DNA of 64,000 bases from an uncultured Candidatus Saccharibacteria bacterium (lineage in GTDB: Bacteria > Patescibacteriota > Minisyncoccia > Phycocordibacterales > UBA9973). Below, piece after piece: positions 58,737 through 64,000 of this stretch (its first letter is position 1; each line of letters starts with the position of its first letter). Location: assembly GCA_964423445.1 (NCBI GenBank), contig CAYREQ010000001.1, positions 129,732 through 193,731 on the forward strand, written 5' to 3'. Below the pieces are notes generated by a model. The model was not told the DNA's origin, ran no database searches, and saw only the letters and a list, made by a program, of their open reading frames with translations. The position numbers and the translations under genes were made by a program.

Positions 58737-60821
58737 CTAGTTGTTTTGAGGAGTAGTATTTATCTCTGGAGTTTCTGCTGTAGAATTTCCATTTTTAAGC
58801 TTCTCAACATAATTTATCAAATCTTTATTTCCAGGAGATAGGGCTAGGGCTTTTTGAGCGTAAGATACAGCTTCAGCAGTATTGCCCTCTGTTTTTAAGA
58901 TTTGAGACATAGCTACAAGTGCTTCTATGTAATCTGGCTTTAATGTAAGAGCTGTGTTTGCATACTCTTTTGCATCTTTCTTTTTCTCAAGAGCAATAGA
59001 TACATTCATAAGGATTAACTTTATTCTTGGGTTTGCTGGATTTAGCTCTGAAGCTTTTTGGAAAGTTTCTAGAGCTTTAGGATAACCATCTTTGACACCT
59101 ATTACTCCTGCTGTCTGGAACACGGAACCTAGAGCTTGGTAATTTAGATAATTTTTTGGATTATAATTTATAGCTACTTGTGCACCATTTATCGCTTGAT
59201 CTAAGCTATTTTGTAATTCAGCTTTATCTGCTTCTGATAAATCAGAAGAATTTTTAGAAATTATAGAATTTAATTTCAATAAATATACTTGAGAATATGC
59301 TCGGAAATACAAATCATTTGGATTCAATGCTAGGGCTTTCTTTATATTTAGCTCTGCATCTTCAATCTTTGAGGCAGACAATGTCTTTGTAAAGTAAGGT
59401 ATAGACAAGAAACGTTGGATATATTTGAATCCTAAAGCAGCAGTGACAATCATTACTATAATAAGAGCAAGCATGAAGATAAATGTCTTTCTATGGTCAT
59501 TCAAGAAAGAAATTGAAATTTCTCCATCCTTGCGACTAGAAGACACTAATCCTATAAATACTCCTGCGAAAATCATTGAAAGTAGGAATATAACTGAACC
59601 TGTGAAGTAAAAGAAAGATGAAACAAATAAATAAAGAGATAGGAAAAAGAAAGACATTGTCTCTAGATTTATATTATTTTTAATACTAAAGAATAGCCAT
59701 TTTACACCAGAGAATATAAATATTGCGAAAAAGGCAAGCCAAGCTAATAGACCTATTATTCCAGTAGTAGCAACAAATGTAGGTATTAATCCAAAACCAG
59801 AATTAAATGAGAAATCCCAAAACTGACTACCGTTTATTTGTGTAGGTTTGTAGAGCGCCCAAGCATCACCAAATCTGTTTGGACCAATACCAAAAATTGG
59901 ATTGTGTGCAATTACAGATTTTGTGACTGACATAGTAGATACTAGAGAAGGGCTGACTTCGTTGTTTAGTATCTTTAATTTTGTTGGCAAAATACCACCT
60001 ACAATGTCAGAAGACATAAAGAAGAATAAACATACTAAGACTATGCCAAATGAAAACATGGGGAAATGTATTTTTGCGCCCTCTTCTTTTTGCTTGCTAG
60101 AGTTTATAGAAATCTTATAGATAAATATGAGCATAGCGAAAACACCCAATATTTCCCATATAAATACAAAGTTTACTGCGGCAATCATCACTAGAGCTAG
60201 TACATTCAAAGCTCCAAGTATCAATTTCAATTGTTTAGGAGTTTTGAAAAATTCAATTACAAAAAGAGAAGCTACTACCATGAAACCTGCGAAAATTCCT
60301 AGAGCATTCCAAGAGCCCAAAACATTATCTATGTTGTTATTTAAAATTCCAAAAGATAAGACCTTTGGGAAAAATAGGTGTGCAAATTGAAATACTAATA
60401 AGACAGCAGAAGAAAGTATTGTTCCAAATAAAACAAGTCTAGCATTCTTTGGATCACGGAAAGAAATAGCGGCCATTAACATCAAAACAAAACCAGCTAG
60501 AATAAACCAAAAAGTGCCAACGTCTAGCAAAGTACCAAATAAAGACACACTTGATGCGCCTCCAAAAATAGATGACAAAAAAACTGCTACTACCACTACA
60601 CCCCCAGCTAATAGAGAAGCTGATTTAGGAATATTTATTTCTCCGTCAAAAAATCTTGCTACAATCCAGAAAATTACAGAAATGATGGCTCCAAGAACTA
60701 GAAATAAACCCTTACTTGCTTCCACTGGAATATTTGTGAAAGGTAAGAAAAAAATTGGCAATAGAACTACTACTAATAACGATGATAAAAGTGACAATTT
60801 ACCTACTATTTTTGAATTCAT
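58737..60821 (-). CDS. O-antigen ligase (Wzy_C)-like polytopic membrane protein with C-terminal TPR repeats
   Basis: Multiple transmembrane helices with a Wzy_C-like central loop, followed by a TPR-like C-terminus (ALALNPNDLYFRAYSQVYL...). Confidence 0.6.
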   Translation of the reverse strand: MNSKIVGKLSLLSSLLVVVLLPIFFLPFTNIPVEASKGLFLVLGAIISVIFWIVARFFDGEINIPKSASLLAGGVVVVAVFLSSIFGGASSVSLFGTLLDVGTFWFILAGFVLMLMAAISFRDPKNARLVLFGTILSSAVLLVFQFAHLFFPKVLSFGILNNNIDNVLGSWNALGIFAGFMVVASLFVIEFFKTPKQLKLILGALNVLALVMIAAVNFVFIWEILGVFAMLIFIYKISINSSKQKEEGAKIHFPMFSFGIVLVCLFFFMSSDIVGGILPTKLKILNNEVSPSLVSTMSVTKSVIAHNPIFGIGPNRFGDAWALYKPTQINGSQFWDFSFNSGFGLIPTFVATTGIIGLLAWLAFFAIFIFSGVKWLFFSIKNNINLETMSFFFLSLYLFVSSFFYFTGSVIFLLSMIFAGVFIGLVSSSRKDGEISISFLNDHRKTFIFMLALIIVMIVTAALGFKYIQRFLSIPYFTKTLSASKIEDAELNIKKALALNPNDLYFRAYSQVYLLKLNSIISKNSSDLSEADKAELQNSLDQAINGAQVAINYNPKNYLNYQALGSVFQTAGVIGVKDGYPKALETFQKASELNPANPRIKLILMNVSIALEKKKDAKEYANTALTLKPDYIEALVAMSQILKTEGNTAEAVSYAQKALALSPGNKDLINYVEKLKNGNSTAETPEINTTPQNN

Positions 60822-60841
60822 ACCTCATATTATACTACAAA

Positions 60842-63652
60842 CTAGACTACGATGTTAAGAATTTTCCTGGGGATAAAAATGTATCTCTTATTTTTGCCTT
60901 CTATCCACTTCTTTACCTCGGGTATTTCTTCTGCTATTTTTACAGCGTCGCTCTCTTTTATGTCTGCATTTGCTTTAAATTGTCCTCGCACCTTACCATT
61001 TACCTGTACTACTATATTTACTTCTTCTTGTTTTATTTTTGACTCGTTAAAAACTGGCCAAGGTTCATGGTGAATAGTTTTCTTGTGTCCAAGCATGTTC
61101 CATATTTCTTCTGTCATGTGTGGAGCAAAAGGAGAAAGTAATTTTAAGAATATTTCATATTCTTCTTTTGATATTTTTTCTAATTTTTCATTCTCATTTA
61201 TAAAAATCATAAGCGAAGAAATAGCCGTATTAAATTTCATTGCTTCAATATCTTCAGAAACTTTTTTTATTAATTTTTGAATTCCATTTTCATTATAATT
61301 TTTATTTTTTTCTACTTTAGATTGTAAATTCCACACTCTCTCTAAAAATCTTCTTGGGCCAATTATTGCATCATCACTCCAAGCTACTGCTTGGTCAAAT
61401 GGACCCATAAACATCTCATATACGCGCAATGTATCAGCACCATAGATTTTCACTATTTCGTTTGGATTTATTACATTACCTAGGGATTTAGACATCTTTA
61501 CTCCCCCTTCGCCAAGTATCATGCCGTGGCTTGTACGCTTCATATATGGCTCAGGTGTAGGCACGAGCTTTAAATCGTATAGGAATTTATGCCAAAAACG
61601 AGAGTATAAAAGGTGGAGCGTAGTGTGTTCATTGCCTCCATTATACCAATCTACTGGTGTCCAATATTTTAAGTTTTTCTTGTCTGCAAAAGCTTTTTTA
61701 TTTTTAGGATCTGTATATCGTAAATAATACCAAGAACTTCCAGCCCAATTTGGCATAGTGTCTGTCTCTCTTTTCGCAGGAGCTTTACACTTTGGACATT
61801 TTACATTTACCCATTTTGAAATATTTGCGAGCGGGGATTCACCACTATCTGTAGGTTGATAATTTTTTACTTTAGGTAATTCCACAGGTAAATCTTTTTC
61901 TGGTACAGGTACCATGCCACACTTGCCACAATGAATTACAGGAATAGGCTCACCCCAGTATCGTTGACGAGAAAAAACCCAGTCACGAAGCTTAAAGGTG
62001 GTCTTTCTTTTTGCAAAACCTTTTTTAACAAGCCAATCAGCTATATCATTTCTAACTTCACTCACCTCTCTGCCTTTAAACTCTGCAGGTTCATTTAGTA
62101 TTCCATTTTTTATAGGTTTACCATTCCCTCGTAAGTTCCTCCAATCATTGAGCATTGCATCTATCTTCATGGTTTTTTCTATTTCTTCAGGTGATAACCA
62201 TCTTATTTCATGATTTTCTTTTTCTTCTTCACTTAGTTCTTTATGTTCTCCATTTTCTAGTTCAAAATAAAAATTTGAAAAATGAACTGAGCGATTTTCT
62301 TTTTTAGGAACATGGTAAAAAATACTGTGAGAGCGAGAAAATTCTTTTTTAAATTTTAAATTAATATAACCAGTTTCTTCTTGAATTTCTCTAACTGCTG
62401 CTTCTTTTGGATCTTCTCCTTTTTCTACTCCCCCAGTTATAAATGTGACCCAATCAGCTTTTTTCCAAAATAAAACTAAATATTTATCTTCGCTCCAATG
62501 TTTGACTATGGCATGTATGGCATTTCTCTCTACTATTGGACCAGGTTGTAACTCACTATGGAATACTGGCTCTATTACTTCTTTTAATTTTATATTGAAT
62601 TTTTTAGCAAAAATAAAATCACGCTCATCGTGTGCAGAGCATTTTACAATTCCTGTTCCATAATCTTTTAATGCAAAACTTGCTACCCAGATAGGTAAAT
62701 CTCCATTACCAAGTGGATCTATCGCATATCTACCTGTAAAAATTCCATCTACATCTTTGTATTCTTCTCCTTGTTTTAATCTTTTTTGAATAATTTCACT
62801 AGCCTTCTTTAATACTGAATCTTTTTCTTTTACACCTTCGAGAAGTTTTGGTAAAAGTGGGTGATCTGGAGCAATAGCAAAAAAAGTGTCAGCATAACAT
62901 GCTTCAAAATGCGCAGAAAAAGTTTCTACAGTCATATCTAAATCCTTTACCTTAGCAGAAAATATTAATCCTTCGGATTTACCTATCCAATTTCTTTGTC
63001 CCAATTTTATCTGTGGTAAATAATTTACATCATCTAAATCTTTATGTAATCTCTCGGCATATTTTGTGATTGCTAGCATCCACTGCTCTTTGTCTCTCTT
63101 TTCTACTATCGTCCCGCATCTCTCACAACACCCATTTATCACCTCTTCATTGGCGAGACCTATCTTATCTTTTGGACACCAATTGATAGTCATCTTAGCT
63201 TTATAAGCTAAACCTTTTTTTAAGAATTGTAAGAAAATCCACTGTGTCCATTTATAATATTTTGGATCAGTAGTATTTATCTCTCTTGACCAATCAAAAG
63301 AAACACCAAGAGATTGTATTTGCTGTCTAAAGGTATCAGTATTTTTCTTTGTGACGACTCGTGGATCTTTTCCTGTTTTAATTGCAAAGTTTTCTGTAGG
63401 TAGACCAAAGGCATCCCAGCCTATAGGATAAAGGACATTGTAGCCTTCCATTCTTCTTTTTCGGGAAATTACATCCATGCCTATGTATGGTCTAGGATGT
63501 CCTACGTGTAGTCCTTCACCTGATGGGTAAGGGAATTCTATGAGAGTAAAATATTTTGGTTTTTTAGAAATTTTCTCTGCGTGGTAAGTCCCCTTTTTCT
63601 CCCAAGTGTTTTGCCATTTCTTTTCAAGTTTTTTATGGTCGTATTTCTTCAT
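60842..63652 (-). CDS. leuS: leucine--tRNA ligase with an inserted Nudix hydrolase domain
   Basis: EFPYPSGEGLHVGHP (HIGH), CCERCG Zn motif, CP1 remnant, KLRDWVFSRQRYWGEPIP, KMSKSLGN. Residues ~365-520 carry a perfect Nudix box, GGVEKGEDPKEAAVREIQEETGY. Confidence 0.9.
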   Translation of the reverse strand: MKKYDHKKLEKKWQNTWEKKGTYHAEKISKKPKYFTLIEFPYPSGEGLHVGHPRPYIGMDVISRKRRMEGYNVLYPIGWDAFGLPTENFAIKTGKDPRVVTKKNTDTFRQQIQSLGVSFDWSREINTTDPKYYKWTQWIFLQFLKKGLAYKAKMTINWCPKDKIGLANEEVINGCCERCGTIVEKRDKEQWMLAITKYAERLHKDLDDVNYLPQIKLGQRNWIGKSEGLIFSAKVKDLDMTVETFSAHFEACYADTFFAIAPDHPLLPKLLEGVKEKDSVLKKASEIIQKRLKQGEEYKDVDGIFTGRYAIDPLGNGDLPIWVASFALKDYGTGIVKCSAHDERDFIFAKKFNIKLKEVIEPVFHSELQPGPIVERNAIHAIVKHWSEDKYLVLFWKKADWVTFITGGVEKGEDPKEAAVREIQEETGYINLKFKKEFSRSHSIFYHVPKKENRSVHFSNFYFELENGEHKELSEEEKENHEIRWLSPEEIEKTMKIDAMLNDWRNLRGNGKPIKNGILNEPAEFKGREVSEVRNDIADWLVKKGFAKRKTTFKLRDWVFSRQRYWGEPIPVIHCGKCGMVPVPEKDLPVELPKVKNYQPTDSGESPLANISKWVNVKCPKCKAPAKRETDTMPNWAGSSWYYLRYTDPKNKKAFADKKNLKYWTPVDWYNGGNEHTTLHLLYSRFWHKFLYDLKLVPTPEPYMKRTSHGMILGEGGVKMSKSLGNVINPNEIVKIYGADTLRVYEMFMGPFDQAVAWSDDAIIGPRRFLERVWNLQSKVEKNKNYNENGIQKLIKKVSEDIEAMKFNTAISSLMIFINENEKLEKISKEEYEIFLKLLSPFAPHMTEEIWNMLGHKKTIHHEPWPVFNESKIKQEEVNIVVQVNGKVRGQFKANADIKESDAVKIAEEIPEVKKWIEGKNKRYIFIPRKILNIVV

Positions 63653-63701
63653 ATATTCTCATAATACTCAAAAAGTGACCTATTTGCAAAAGATAATTTT
63701 A

Positions 63702-64000
63702 TTATCTTATTGGTACAGGCTTTGAATATAGATCAGGATTTATTACATTTTTAAAACAGTAGTGTCCAGCAGGATGAGTCCATGTTTGATATCCTGGGTA
63801 CGGAATTGTATAAGTTTCAGGATTAGCTACTGGTAATTCTTTATTAAATTCTGCACAAAGATTATAATTTCTTTCATCTATTTTCTCATACTCATAAGGA
63901 AGATTACTTTGTGGGTCAGACAAAACAATGCCATATCCTTCAGCAGCAGCCTCTGTAATTGTCACAGGTAAAACTCCTTTTTGGCTGTAATAATTTTCAA
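63702..64000 (-). CDS. hypothetical protein (partial; frame continues beyond the window end)
   Basis: The track ORF starts at 63965, but the minus-strand frame stays open through 64000, so the true start is probably outside the window. Confidence 0.35.
   Translation of the reverse strand, partial: ENYYSQKGVLPVTITEAAAEGYGIVLSDPQSNLPYEYEKIDERNYNLCAEFNKELPVANPETYTIPYPGYQTWTHPAGHYCFKNVINPDLYSKPVPIR

Overview
This 64 kb window looks like a Patescibacteria/CPR-type genome: low GC (about one third), densely packed, and mostly housekeeping genes. About 85% of the genes are on the minus strand.

Core content:
- Complete F-type ATP synthase operon (atpZ-like, atpB, atpE, atpF, atpH, atpA, atpG, atpD, atpC).
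- Translation and ribosome genes (rpmG, frr, prfA, rpmE, rplY, gatB, obg, tsaD, valS, leuS, lepA).
- Envelope genes (ddl, rseP, mreB, murJ, a MacAB-like efflux trio, an O-antigen-ligase/TPR protein).
- Eight tRNAs: Trp, Ile, Glu, Val, Phe, Arg, Gly, plus one tRNA-like 5' fragment.

Most interesting observations:
1. The leucyl-tRNA synthetase carries an inserted Nudix hydrolase domain with a perfect Nudix box, and its CP1 editing TTRPDT motif is degenerate.
2. An accessory region at about 33.9-39.3 kb flanks tRNA-Glu. It contains a GC-rich island encoding two signal-peptide membrane proteins, each driven by a copy of the same roughly 60-nt consensus sigma70 promoter.
3. In the same region, a small GIY-YIG nuclease ORF sits in the tRNA-Glu locus, flanked by a 27-nt direct repeat of the tRNA 5' end. 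One repeat copy is split by a 40-nt insert with palindromic ends.
4. Also there, a six-gene operon of small proteins includes a Panacea (DUF4065) antitoxin-like protein followed by a candidate toxin.
5. A PriA-like protein has lost the Walker A and DExH motifs.
6. A 766-aa protein next to gdhA is unassignable by eye.

No CRISPR array, integrase or transposase was seen.
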